From a virus (lineage: Duplodnaviria > Caudoviricetes): 64,000 bases of DNA. The position numbers and the translations under genes were made by a program. Shown here piece after piece: positions 10,779 to 20,500 of this stretch (positions are counted from its first letter, which is position 1; each line of letters opens with the position of its first letter). The notes beneath the pieces are model-generated. The model searched no databases. It was not told the DNA's origin and saw only the letters and a program-made list of their open reading frames with translations. The stretch lies in the IMG/VR virus record IMGVR_UViG_3300034375_009028; one strand, written 5' to 3'.

Positions 10779-11048
10779 TCAATAAATTGCGATTCCTACA
10801 GCATCAATTGTTCCAGATGCAGTTTTAAATAAATCTGTTGGATCTTTTCTTAGTGTTACTTCTTTAGCTTCTGCTACCGCACTAATTGGATATCTTCCAA
10901 TCTCAGTTCCTTCAGAATCTTCTCTAATAATAGTTGTAGAAGTTAACCCACTAGTGCTTATTTGGAAAAAAGTAATTTCTGTCTGACCATCAAAGTCAGT
11001 TCCAGCAGTTCCAACTGTAACAATACCAGTTTTTATTTTAATAGACAT
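10779..11048 (-). CDS. Hypothetical protein, late-expressed
   Basis: 89-aa ORF; GATAAATA at 11069-11076 just upstream. Confidence 0.7.
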   Translation of the reverse strand: MSIKIKTGIVTVGTAGTDFDGQTEITFFQISTSGLTSTTIIREDSEGTEIGRYPISAVAEAKEVTLRKDPTDLFKTASGTIDAVGIAIY

Positions 11049-11076
11049 TTTTTAGAAAACCTTTTTTATATTTATC

Positions 11077-11811
11077 TTATAACTCGTTCTTGATTAGTAA
11101 TATATCAAATGCCGCAGTAAAACGACCATTATTACTTCTAGTAGATAGGCGGACATCAATATCGGTTTTTTCTGGCATTTCTTGTGGAAACGAAAACTTG
11201 TAAGTATATTCTCCACCACCAGTAACTTCAAATGTATGTCCAACTCTAAAAATTGTAGCAACTGAATTGTATCTTACATACATCCATCCAGTAGCATCAG
11301 CACCCTCCTGTGCAGTAGCAACACCCTGATAGAGATATCCAGTATATCCTGCGGGTACTGTATAAACTGCCATCAGAGTTTGTCCCGCATCAGCAAGAAT
11401 ACGAAGAACTTGTGTGCCACCTCTGGAAAAGTTGAGTTCTCCTACATTGGTTCCAGCACCACTAGAAACATAACCACGATATACTCTCTTAAATGTCTTA
11501 GTTCCTGTAACTGTACCAGCACTAGAGAGAGTAAATTCTTCTGAAATTAATTCAAAATTTTCATCAAGACCTTCAATAGTTACGACTTTACCATTATCAT
11601 CTGCACCGACTTGTGCTCCTACAAGAACTCCAGGAGTATCAAACGCACTCCAAGGATAAAGTGTATCTTCCTTGTCCCATATAGATGCAGTTGTATTGTT
11701 TGATTGTGAAGGAGTTGCACCGAACTTGTGGATCTGTGATGCACCTCTTACTTTTCCACGGGCAACGTTAAGATCAAACTGTTCGTCCCAGATATAATTA
11801 CGAAATCCCAT
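11077..11811 (-). CDS. Hypothetical, probably virion-associated beta-rich protein
   Basis: 244-aa ORF in the morphogenesis module; TAATG coupling to the upstream ORF. Confidence 0.7.
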   Translation of the reverse strand: MGFRNYIWDEQFDLNVARGKVRGASQIHKFGATPSQSNNTTASIWDKEDTLYPWSAFDTPGVLVGAQVGADDNGKVVTIEGLDENFELISEEFTLSSAGTVTGTKTFKRVYRGYVSSGAGTNVGELNFSRGGTQVLRILADAGQTLMAVYTVPAGYTGYLYQGVATAQEGADATGWMYVRYNSVATIFRVGHTFEVTGGGEYTYKFSFPQEMPEKTDIDVRLSTRSNNGRFTAAFDILLIKNEL

Positions 11812-12305
11812 TATCTACAATTCCAACGTCTCAATGCTTTATTTATTCTAGAATCTGGATCTCTTGCTGTTTTAGAAGAAGTTCGTTTGGATTTCATACC
11901 TTTCATTCTACTACAAAACGAAGAACGACGCTTTTTTCTTTTACCTTCTGGATTTTTCTCTGTTACAGCAGTTTGTAATTTTGAACCTGGATTTTCTTGG
12001 CGATATTTTTTTACCGTATCTTTGCTCATACCATCAGTTCTGTCTTTGCGATTTGCTGATTGCCAATCTTCATCAATCCAAGATAATGTTCCATGATTGT
12101 AGTGCTTTGCACTAGTAATGGTAACTGTACCTTTAGGTGTAGATGGATATACGTTTTGAACTACTGCTCCAGGATACTCATTTTGAAGTTGTTCACCAAG
12201 TTCTTTTCTTGATGGTAAATCTCCATTCTCTATAACCATTTCCATATTATAGAGTCTTCCTCTCCAAAGAACGTCGGCGGTAAAATGTTCACCGACGTTA
12301 TCTAC
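11811..12305 (-). CDS. Basic protein (FCSRMKGMK...SRINKALRRWNC). Called from ATG 12245, but the frame is open to the frameshift site at about 12305; probably the C-terminal extension of the upstream ORF
   Basis: The 20 in-frame codons upstream of ATG 12245 (VDNVGEHFTADVLWRGRLYN) complete a domain paralogous to one inside ORF 12302-13591. Confidence 0.75.
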   Translation of the reverse strand, partial: VDNVGEHFTADVLWRGRLYNMEMVIENGDLPSRKELGEQLQNEYPGAVVQNVYPSTPKGTVTITSAKHYNHGTLSWIDEDWQSANRKDRTDGMSKDTVKKYRQENPGSKLQTAVTEKNPEGKRKKRRSSFCSRMKGMKSKRTSSKTARDPDSRINKALRRWNCR

Positions 12306-12325
12306 TTTTTTGGCAGATCTCCTCC
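12270..12325 (-). other. -1 programmed ribosomal frameshift signal: GGAGG (12321-12325), A_AAA_AAG (12305-12311), TAG, hairpin (12270-12299)
   Basis: Slippery heptamer in the correct phase directly before the stop codon; SD-like element 9 nt upstream; 8-bp stem AACGTCGG/CCGACGTT 5 nt downstream. Confidence 0.8.
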
Positions 12326-13591
12326 AATAACAATTGTACCAACACTGCCTCCAGAGATATTAACATCTTCTTTTACACAATTAGGAACTACTTTACCATT
12401 CTTTTTCTTGGTTCCCTTTGCCTTGTAACCATCCCAGCACTTGCTAGCACCAACGTTGGCGCGTGCTGTTGCCATTTTACCCTCAACATTAAGAGTTTCT
12501 GGATAATTTTTATCACCTGGCTTTCTTTTGGGTTTTCCTGCTTTACGTCTCGCATGAATGTTGTCCCAAAGACCTTTCTTCTCCTCAATTTCTATATCAT
12601 CACTCTTTGAACACTCACAAGGTGTCTTTTTACATTTGCCGCATTCTTCTTTAAGTTCTACTTCTTCTTTAGTAGTAACTTTAAATAATGGGGAATCAAA
12701 ATTTGCATGATTGCTAGGAAGATCTGAAGTAGAGAACTGAAGAACTCTTCCTCCAGGATAAACCTTCTCAATTTCTGCTTGAATATCTTTCTTTGTAGGT
12801 AACTTTGCTTGTGGGAAGAACATTCTTAGATATTGTGAACGTCCCCTCCAACTAACAATGACTGATAGCAAATGACCAAACTCTGAAGGTAGTCTAACTG
12901 CCTCTTCTAGTTCAACTTCCTCATTCTGACGCTCTGCTTCTAACTTAGCAGCAATCGCCATTTGGCGGATTTTTTCATCAGACTTACCTTTAAATTGAGG
13001 TTTTTTAGACTTACGAAAATCTTTAATTACATCTCCCATGTCTGCTTTTGCAAGATCCATACCTTCTTTTGTTGTATATCCTGCTACAGCATCTGTATTA
13101 TGCTCAGTATCAGTAAGTTTTGCTTGCATCCAGGCAGGAAGATTTTTTTCCTTTTTACCAATACTCTTCTTAACTTTCTTTAAGTTTTCTTGGGATTTAC
13201 TAATCTGTTTATGTGCCATGGACACTTCATGATCTTTTTCTTCTCTCTGTGAGAGTAAAGATTCTGGTGTAATTAAGTCAATAAATTCTACAAATTTGTT
13301 ACCAAAAGCATCTTCAATTGTAACTGATTCATCAACATTTGGAATTGGTTTGCAACAGTTTTCTTCAGAGCACCAATAGTGCCCATCACTACACCTCTCC
13401 TCTCCAAGAATTTTATCTACTAATTTTATTTCTTCTTTCTTAATAGTTGGTAGTCCAACCTTCATAGAAGGACGCAATTTTTTATCGGCAACTTTTCTTT
13501 CATTTTCATTTGGAGAATCCTTCATAGCAGCAATTCTATTCTGCTTTCTTGCTGAAGAATGTGCTTTAGTATCTATATTAAAACTGGCCAT
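12302..13591 (-). CDS. Modular, charged 429-aa protein (candidate internal head protein or precursor)
   Basis: Mosaic of short modules separated by Glu-rich linkers (EEVELEEA, EEVELKEE); GATAAATA late promoter at 13614-13621. Confidence 0.75.
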   Translation of the reverse strand: MASFNIDTKAHSSARKQNRIAAMKDSPNENERKVADKKLRPSMKVGLPTIKKEEIKLVDKILGEERCSDGHYWCSEENCCKPIPNVDESVTIEDAFGNKFVEFIDLITPESLLSQREEKDHEVSMAHKQISKSQENLKKVKKSIGKKEKNLPAWMQAKLTDTEHNTDAVAGYTTKEGMDLAKADMGDVIKDFRKSKKPQFKGKSDEKIRQMAIAAKLEAERQNEEVELEEAVRLPSEFGHLLSVIVSWRGRSQYLRMFFPQAKLPTKKDIQAEIEKVYPGGRVLQFSTSDLPSNHANFDSPLFKVTTKEEVELKEECGKCKKTPCECSKSDDIEIEEKKGLWDNIHARRKAGKPKRKPGDKNYPETLNVEGKMATARANVGASKCWDGYKAKGTKKKNGKVVPNCVKEDVNISGGSVGTIVIGGDLPKK

Positions 13592-13612
13592 TATCCAAAA
13601 GAGTGCTTTTTA

Positions 13613-14041
13613 CTATTTATCGTTTAGTCGCTTTTGATTTTTTAAATATTTAGATAACTCATCTGTAGATCCAAAAAATACTGCATTGTTAGTAACATTT
13701 GTTGTCTTCCCTTTGGGATTTTCCTCATCAAGTTCTTTCATCTTCTTTTGAAGATCTACTATTTTGTCCGTCGCATCTGATACATTTTTAATTAATTGTG
13801 CAACAACTTCATATGCTCTTGGTTGTCCACCATCAACAGCAATTTCTAAAGCACTATCAAGTGCTTCTTGACCCTTTTCTATAATTGAATATAAATTTCC
13901 TCTGGTATATTCATAATCTTTAGTAATATCTTCATTAGGATCTTTTATAGGAACTATTTTATCTTTTCTTTCTTTTTTTCTCTCTACTATATCAGCATCA
14001 ACGTTAAAAGTTGAATTTAAGTCATCGAAGTGTTCTTTCAT
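13613..14041 (-). CDS. gp16: Terminase small subunit
   Basis: DYEYTRGNLYSIIEKGQEAL, PRAYEVVAQLIK, TNNAVFFGSTDEL; lies between gp15 and gp17. Confidence 0.9.
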   Translation of the reverse strand: MKEHFDDLNSTFNVDADIVERKKERKDKIVPIKDPNEDITKDYEYTRGNLYSIIEKGQEALDSALEIAVDGGQPRAYEVVAQLIKNVSDATDKIVDLQKKMKELDEENPKGKTTNVTNNAVFFGSTDELSKYLKNQKRLNDK

Positions 14042-14046
14042 GATTT

Positions 14047-15036
14047 TTACCCACTAAAACCAAAGTCATCACCAGCACTGATTAAATTATTATCAGACTC
14101 ATCTATTCCATATATTGCGCTACCACCAACATGCTCAGCTGCTACTGTATTGTAAGCAGCTCTTGTGACTGTAATTTCATTACCATTTACTGATCTAACA
14201 TAAATTGTTTCCTCGTCAATTGTTATATAAGTATCTGCTGCTATTTGGGATCCATCTTCAACATCAAGAATGGTAGCATCTGGTAAAGTATCTATATTTA
14301 ATGTTGTTTTAACTATTCCTGTATAATTTTTAGTTGCTACTGGTTTCTTATAAATTAGATTTCTTGCTCCTGCACCAGAAGTATCTGCACCAGCAAGACC
14401 AATAGATACGCTCTTGATAACATCTCTGGTAGAATCTTTAACAGGACCAAACAAGTATGTTTTAGCTGTAAACTTCAACGTATAAAGTAAAACTCTTCTT
14501 GTTGTGAAATCTCCTTCATAATTATCTTCAAAATTAACAGATTCTAAAGTTATAGGAACATCTCTTTTCTCACCAATTGTATCCACCAAATCTATAGTCA
14601 ATGTATAATTTGGTTGAAAGTATGGAAGTATTTGTTCAACTATTTGTAAAGCATCGTCATTTAATAATGTCATTATAGACAACTCAAAGTCCATATTGTA
14701 TGGTACAGGAAAATATACTTTTTTAATATCAGTCTTATCTGATTTTAGTGTAGTTGTAAAGTGTTGAGTTCCTGCTAATTTTCTACCAGTATCATAAGAT
14801 ATTCCTGTAAATTCAAATGACATTCTAGGAAGACTCATTTGAACTGGTTTATTTAAATTTGCTTGCTGCTCAATCCTAGCAAGAAATTTTTGAGTGGGTC
14901 CATATGCTAATGGAACTTCAATTACTTCTTCTGCTACCCCATCAGTAGATTCTCTTTTAATTTTTATATTATTAAAAAGAGTTCCAAAAGATATTACAGT
15001 TTTTCTGAATATTTGGTGGTAAAAATGATCAAACAT
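14047..15036 (-). CDS. gp15: Tail sheath stabiliser / tail terminator
   Basis: FYHQIFRKTVISFGTLFN, VPLAYGP.QKFLAR, LPRMSFE, PVPYN, QIVEQILPYFQP. Confidence 0.92.
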   Translation of the reverse strand: MFDHFYHQIFRKTVISFGTLFNNIKIKRESTDGVAEEVIEVPLAYGPTQKFLARIEQQANLNKPVQMSLPRMSFEFTGISYDTGRKLAGTQHFTTTLKSDKTDIKKVYFPVPYNMDFELSIMTLLNDDALQIVEQILPYFQPNYTLTIDLVDTIGEKRDVPITLESVNFEDNYEGDFTTRRVLLYTLKFTAKTYLFGPVKDSTRDVIKSVSIGLAGADTSGAGARNLIYKKPVATKNYTGIVKTTLNIDTLPDATILDVEDGSQIAADTYITIDEETIYVRSVNGNEITVTRAAYNTVAAEHVGGSAIYGIDESDNNLISAGDDFGFSG

Positions 15037-15048
15037 GGCTTTATTTTT

Positions 15049-16440
15049 TTAAGGATTTCCGAAAGGATTTGACTCACTAAAATCTAGTATGTTATCTGCT
15101 TCGATTTCAATAGTTTTGTTTTGTTTGAATTTATCTTCAATTTCAATATCATTATTTAGAATAGTATACTGTGCTCCACTTTCAGATCCAGTTAAAATCT
15201 CTCCATCAATAAATGTTCCCAATATGTTGCCCAAGGTTAAGACCTTGTTAATAGTATCCCAAGATTTTACTCTTGCAGTAGAACTGTTTGCAGATCCAAC
15301 AACAACTTCATTGAATATAAATTTACCAGTTCCTATTACTACATCAGGAGGATCTATAACAACAGTAGGAACTTCAGCATAGTTGTTTCCACTATCATGA
15401 ATTACAATAGAGGTAACTATTCCAGATTCACTAATCAATGCTGATGCTACAGCAGGAATAAATCCAGTCAATCCTGCCCCAACAAATGTAACATTAGGTG
15501 CTTCATAATAACCACTACCTCCACCAGTAATTGTTACTACACCTACAGCATTATTTGCAATTTTACATACTCCATATGCTCCACTTCCACCACCTCCAGT
15601 AAATGTTATACGAGGAGTCACTGTATATCCATATCCAGGGTTTATAATATCTACTGCTTGAACTCTTAAAGACTCTTCAGATGTATCACATAGATCAACA
15701 ATTCCAGAAATCATAGATGCAATTCCAACAGCAGTTAATCCATTATCTGGTGCAGAAGTAATTGCGACTCTTGGAGATTCAAAATATCCAGAACCTCTAT
15801 TTGATATTGAAACAGTTCTTATTGCACCATCCACTAAACCAGTAAATGCTGTTGCAGTAGTTCCAACTCCAACCATTTGAAGTTTTTGTAAAAATCCTTC
15901 TTCCTCTATATTATCATCAATTTCATCTACACCCGTAGCAATAATTTCATCATTATAAACATATAGCTCACATTTTAATTCATAAACATAGTTTTTTTGT
16001 AATTGATAAAAAGGTTTTTCATGTTCTACATATTTTATTTCGAATAATTTATCACCCAATGGAAAATAAATTAAGTCCCCCTCTTTGGGTCTCTCTGTTA
16101 ATTTTGTATTCTCTATGGGTTCAATAATGGGTCGTATTCCCAACTCATACCTTTCTTTTGATATTATTAGTGTTAAATCATCTACTTCTTGAACACCAAA
16201 TTTTGATAGTAAAGTTCCTGCTCCACCAAAACCTTCATATGTATCTACATATGCTTCAATAGGAATAGCAACAGTAAATTCTGATCTAGAGACTTCTTCT
16301 AATATAGTTTTTTCATTTACAAATATTCTTGGAATGTAATAAATTTCTATCCCAAACATCTTAATGTGCTCGTTTACAAGGTCTTGAACTAAACCTTGTT
16401 CTCCAGAAGATCCGTGTAGAAAAAATGGATTTAATGGCAT
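15049..16440 (-). CDS. gp14: Neck (head-tail connector) protein with added repeat domains
   Basis: EQGLVQDLVNEHIKMFG, PKEGDLIYFPL, FEIKYVEHEKPFYQL, DFSESNPFG. Confidence 0.92.
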   Translation of the reverse strand: MPLNPFFLHGSSGEQGLVQDLVNEHIKMFGIEIYYIPRIFVNEKTILEEVSRSEFTVAIPIEAYVDTYEGFGGAGTLLSKFGVQEVDDLTLIISKERYELGIRPIIEPIENTKLTERPKEGDLIYFPLGDKLFEIKYVEHEKPFYQLQKNYVYELKCELYVYNDEIIATGVDEIDDNIEEEGFLQKLQMVGVGTTATAFTGLVDGAIRTVSISNRGSGYFESPRVAITSAPDNGLTAVGIASMISGIVDLCDTSEESLRVQAVDIINPGYGYTVTPRITFTGGGGSGAYGVCKIANNAVGVVTITGGGSGYYEAPNVTFVGAGLTGFIPAVASALISESGIVTSIVIHDSGNNYAEVPTVVIDPPDVVIGTGKFIFNEVVVGSANSSTARVKSWDTINKVLTLGNILGTFIDGEILTGSESGAQYTILNNDIEIEDKFKQNKTIEIEADNILDFSESNPFGNP

Positions 16441-16444
16441 AATA

Positions 16445-17284
16445 CTAACCTATCATATCGAACGGTGGTAATTCATAAGTAGAAGACATTTTCTCCATCA
16501 ATGCAGCAATTTCTTTTTCTCCATCATCATACATTTGTCTTCCATTTAGTTCCACTCCTCCAGGTAATTTAACTCCTTGGAATTTTATGAGGTTTTGACC
16601 CCACTGCCTTTTAATTAATGCTGTTAAGTATGGTTTTAGAAAAGAATCATTCCATACTTGGGGAGAATCTGCTGGATCCAAAAGTCTATAACAATCAATA
16701 ATCAAATATTGCCCAGGTCTAAGCATTCCCCAATCGACATCTAAATATAATCTATCTTGTCTCTGATTGTATCTTATTTGTTTTTTTGTACTTAGTAAAA
16801 AATCTATATCTTCAAGGTATCTTTTAACCATACTATAACTTAAAAGTTCTATAGAACTCCAATTATAAACTTCATTTAAAAATAATTGATATTTTACACT
16901 AAACATTCCACTAGAAATTGAGTTAGCACCCTCAAAATTCATAACTTTATTGATTCCCATAACATAATCTGGTATTTGTATATAATTACCAGTCTCAAAA
17001 TAATTAAATGATGTTGGAGTCCCTGCAATAGTTGTATCAACAGTGGTAGTCGTAATTCCAACTCCCCCCATTGTTGCGGTTCCCCTATCAATATCTTCTT
17101 GAGTAACTTTATACTTTAAAAAAGTTTGAATAACCCCATCAAAATGGCGCTCATAAAAAAACTGTAGCGCATCATCAACCAAATCTTCTATCTGTTCATC
17201 AGCAACATTGATTTCCAATACAGGATATCCAAGTTTCCTTTTACAATAATCAATTAATTCTGTTCTGGTTGTTGGTTTTGCCAT
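16445..17284 (-). CDS. gp13: Neck protein
   Basis: ELIDYCKRKLGYPVLEINV, YLTALIKRQWGQNL.KF.GV.LPGGV.LNG. Confidence 0.93.
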   Translation of the reverse strand: MAKPTTRTELIDYCKRKLGYPVLEINVADEQIEDLVDDALQFFYERHFDGVIQTFLKYKVTQEDIDRGTATMGGVGITTTTVDTTIAGTPTSFNYFETGNYIQIPDYVMGINKVMNFEGANSISSGMFSVKYQLFLNEVYNWSSIELLSYSMVKRYLEDIDFLLSTKKQIRYNQRQDRLYLDVDWGMLRPGQYLIIDCYRLLDPADSPQVWNDSFLKPYLTALIKRQWGQNLIKFQGVKLPGGVELNGRQMYDDGEKEIAALMEKMSSTYELPPFDMIG

Positions 17285-17285
17285 T

Positions 17286-17519
17286 TTAGTTATTCTTGCT
17301 TAAGTTTAATAACAAACTTTTAATATCATTTATATCATTCTTTAAACTATTTAAATCTGATTCTATTTTATTAATTCTAACAGAATCTCTTTCCTTCATT
17401 TTCCTTAATTTTATGTAGGTTTCATATCCAGATTTGTCTGTATTAATAATCCCGTTAGTGACAGTATCTCTAACGAGATTATTATGACCTTCTACCTTTA
17501 GTCTTTGATTATATTCCAT
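17286..17519 (-). CDS. Small coiled-coil hypothetical protein
   Basis: 77-aa ORF; TAATG coupling to the upstream giant gene. Confidence 0.75.
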   Translation of the reverse strand: MEYNQRLKVEGHNNLVRDTVTNGIINTDKSGYETYIKLRKMKERDSVRINKIESDLNSLKNDINDIKSLLLNLSKNN

Positions 17520-20500
17520 TATGCCAAAGCAATTACTCTAAGATCCTTTATCCTTGGTGGATTTGACTGACTTGTAGATGAACCAATAATTTTGATACTA
17601 AAATATCTAAACTCTGGAAGATCATCTGCAGTAAATGTATAGTCATTAAATAATACATCATTAGTATTTGATGATAAAACATCAGTCTTAACAACTTTCT
17701 TATCTGATAAACCATCAGAAGCAGAAATATCAATCACATTTCCATTCACATCCAAATTATTGTATCCTGGGAAGGGATAATAAACTGGATCATTTTCTGT
17801 AGTATTTGAGATCGAATAAAATACTCTAACATCATTAAATATATTTACATGTGCAGAAAGTAGAACTTTTAAAGAAGTTGCTGGATTTTCCAATTCAACT
17901 GGTAAGTTACAATAAATGAATTCATTAGGATCAGAGTTTAAAGTAGAAGTTCTTGGATCATTTACATAGTCAGTTATTGGGGCATTTACCCTATTTGATG
18001 TTAGAATAACACCTATTCTATCAAGATCAACTACTGGAGAAACTCTAATATCAGCAGAAGATAGACTTAGCTCTAATTCTAATGATTTATTTGAAATTAA
18101 ATTTGTATTATGAATGGATTCATTGACCGTTGATGTTATTAATCTTGGTTCTGTAAAATAATTAGTTTCATCTAAGGTAATGTCTACTATTGGACTTTCT
18201 AAGAACGATACTTCATTACCATCTACACTAGTTCCTGTTATACTCTTAAGTTTTGCCGTTACATTAGTTTCTGGCAGAACTAAAGTTTGTACAATAGGTC
18301 TCATTGATTCATACTGTATATTTTGAGTTGCATTTACAAGCTCACCACCATCAGATTTTGACTTACGAATGTAAAGTTTCTGTACACTTGGATCAGAATC
18401 TCTATTGATACCATTTTGAGATGTATCTAGTTTTATGTAATAAAAATCAAAACCTATAGATCTTGGAACAAGTGCATCTTGTAGATAATGTAGTTTGTTT
18501 ATTCTCCTTAAAGAAATACCATTATTTTCATATTTAAATACCGTAGTTTCTTCTGGATATGATATTGATTGTGTATTATCAATTTGCCTTGTAATTCCAG
18601 TTAAAGTTCCATTTGATATTCCAGTGTATGAAATAATCTCATCATTTATTAGAATGTACCCAGGATTTGTTGCACTAACTTCAATATTTTCAAATGTTGT
18701 GAAGTTTGTTGTGCTAGCAATACTAACAGGACCAGAGTCCGAGAAAGTATATTCTGCAGTCAGTGAAGTTGGTTCTATATCAGATCCTACTTCTGATAAC
18801 TGGACAACATTTGTTTTAGAATGCATTGCATGGTTTTTATGATTTACTTTAATATGTAAACCATCTTCAAATGGAGATGAAATCTCTATGTTTGAAATGA
18901 CAGAATCTGCTCCACCAGTATCAAAAATAGTAGTGGTTATTCCTAAAGAATTATCATATAGTAATGATTTTGATGTGTTATTCTCAAAATTACCCTGAAC
19001 ATTATCCACTACTAATTGATTAATTCCATTAATATTGGATATAGTAAATTGTGCATTTTTTCCTAAAGGTTGTGAACCAATACTATCAATAGTTACTACA
19101 TCACCTTGCTGATATCCAAATCCACCCGAATTAATAGTTGCTGCAATTGCAACTCCATTTGTACTCCCATCAGCGCCTATAGTAATATCTGCTGTTGCAT
19201 TTTTACCTAAACCACTTACCGATGTTAGAGATACTCCATTAAATGTAAAAGAAGAACCATCTGATGGAGTATATCCAATTCCAGCATTTGTTATGGTTAA
19301 TTGTCCAGAAGCAGATCCACCATATCCAACAACATCACCCCTAACAAAACTATTGTTTTGTTGTTTAATAGTATTTCCAATATCTAAAGATGTAATATCT
19401 ATCACATTTGTAGTTGTTATAATTACTTTTCTGGATTCAAATTCTAAAGGATCTGGAACCAAAGTAGCTATTTGATCATTACCCAAATCCAACCTTGGGT
19501 TAAAGAATGATATAGTTCCTGGGGAATCATTATTAAATGTAGCAGCATATAGTCTAAACTTCAAATCTTCATATTGACTTGCAGTCCAGGTAGATCCATT
19601 TTGAGATTTAAATAGTGATCCCAAATCTGGTTGCTGCGAAACAAGAGTTTGTCTTGATTCTTCTTGAAGTAATGTTGATACGTCAATCTCTCCCATTTTT
19701 GAAATCCAAACAGTATAATCATTTGAATCACTTAATAAAACTATCGCATATTCTTTATTACCTTCCAAATATATTGGGGATGGGAAGAATACTTCAGTTA
19801 CTGTTAAAGAATCTTCGGAAGTAAATACCTGTTGTGGATTTATGACAACTTCAGAAAATGGACAAACTTCATTTGTTGGATACCCATTAACCATAGGTCT
19901 TAATTGAACTGTAACTGGTATTATTGGATCTTTAGTTCTAAAGAATAGATCAACACTAGTTACAAATATACCATTAGTTTCACTAACTAAAAATGATTGT
20001 GCTAAAGGATCCCTATTTCGAGTTGACCTAATTAGTTGTCTTGCGAATCTTCCTGCACTGGGTGGATTTCTTCTGGGTGGATTTCTTTGACCTCTACGTC
20101 CTTGGTTCGGTGCTGGAGCGGGACGCCCACGACCAGCACTTACTGGTTGAGGAAAAACTTGTGGTCGTGGTGGCGGTGCTGGCGGTGGTGGTGGCGGCGG
20201 TGGCGGTGGATCTGGTATAAATCTTGATCTAGTTTCTTGGCTTCTATCTACTGCAGTAGTTACTTGAACATCTGGTACTGCTGGTCTTCTCTCTGTAGTA
20301 TCTACAACTTCAAATCTTGGTTTTCGTGTAGATCTTATAGTTTCTTGAACTGTATTCATAGTTCCAGAAGCAAAATATTGCTCTTCTCCAGAACTATCTA
20401 CAAGTCCTCCAATTTTTGTATTAGTTGAACTATTTGTTAGTCTAAAGACCTTTGTTCCTGCCTCAAAACTTGGATTTGAAGGTACATTTGGGTTTGGAAT

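Noticed and set aside
12302-12311. Sequencing indel as the explanation for the split ORF
   Set aside because: Not excluded without reads, but a chance indel would not be expected to coincide with a phased heptamer, a correctly spaced SD and a downstream hairpin
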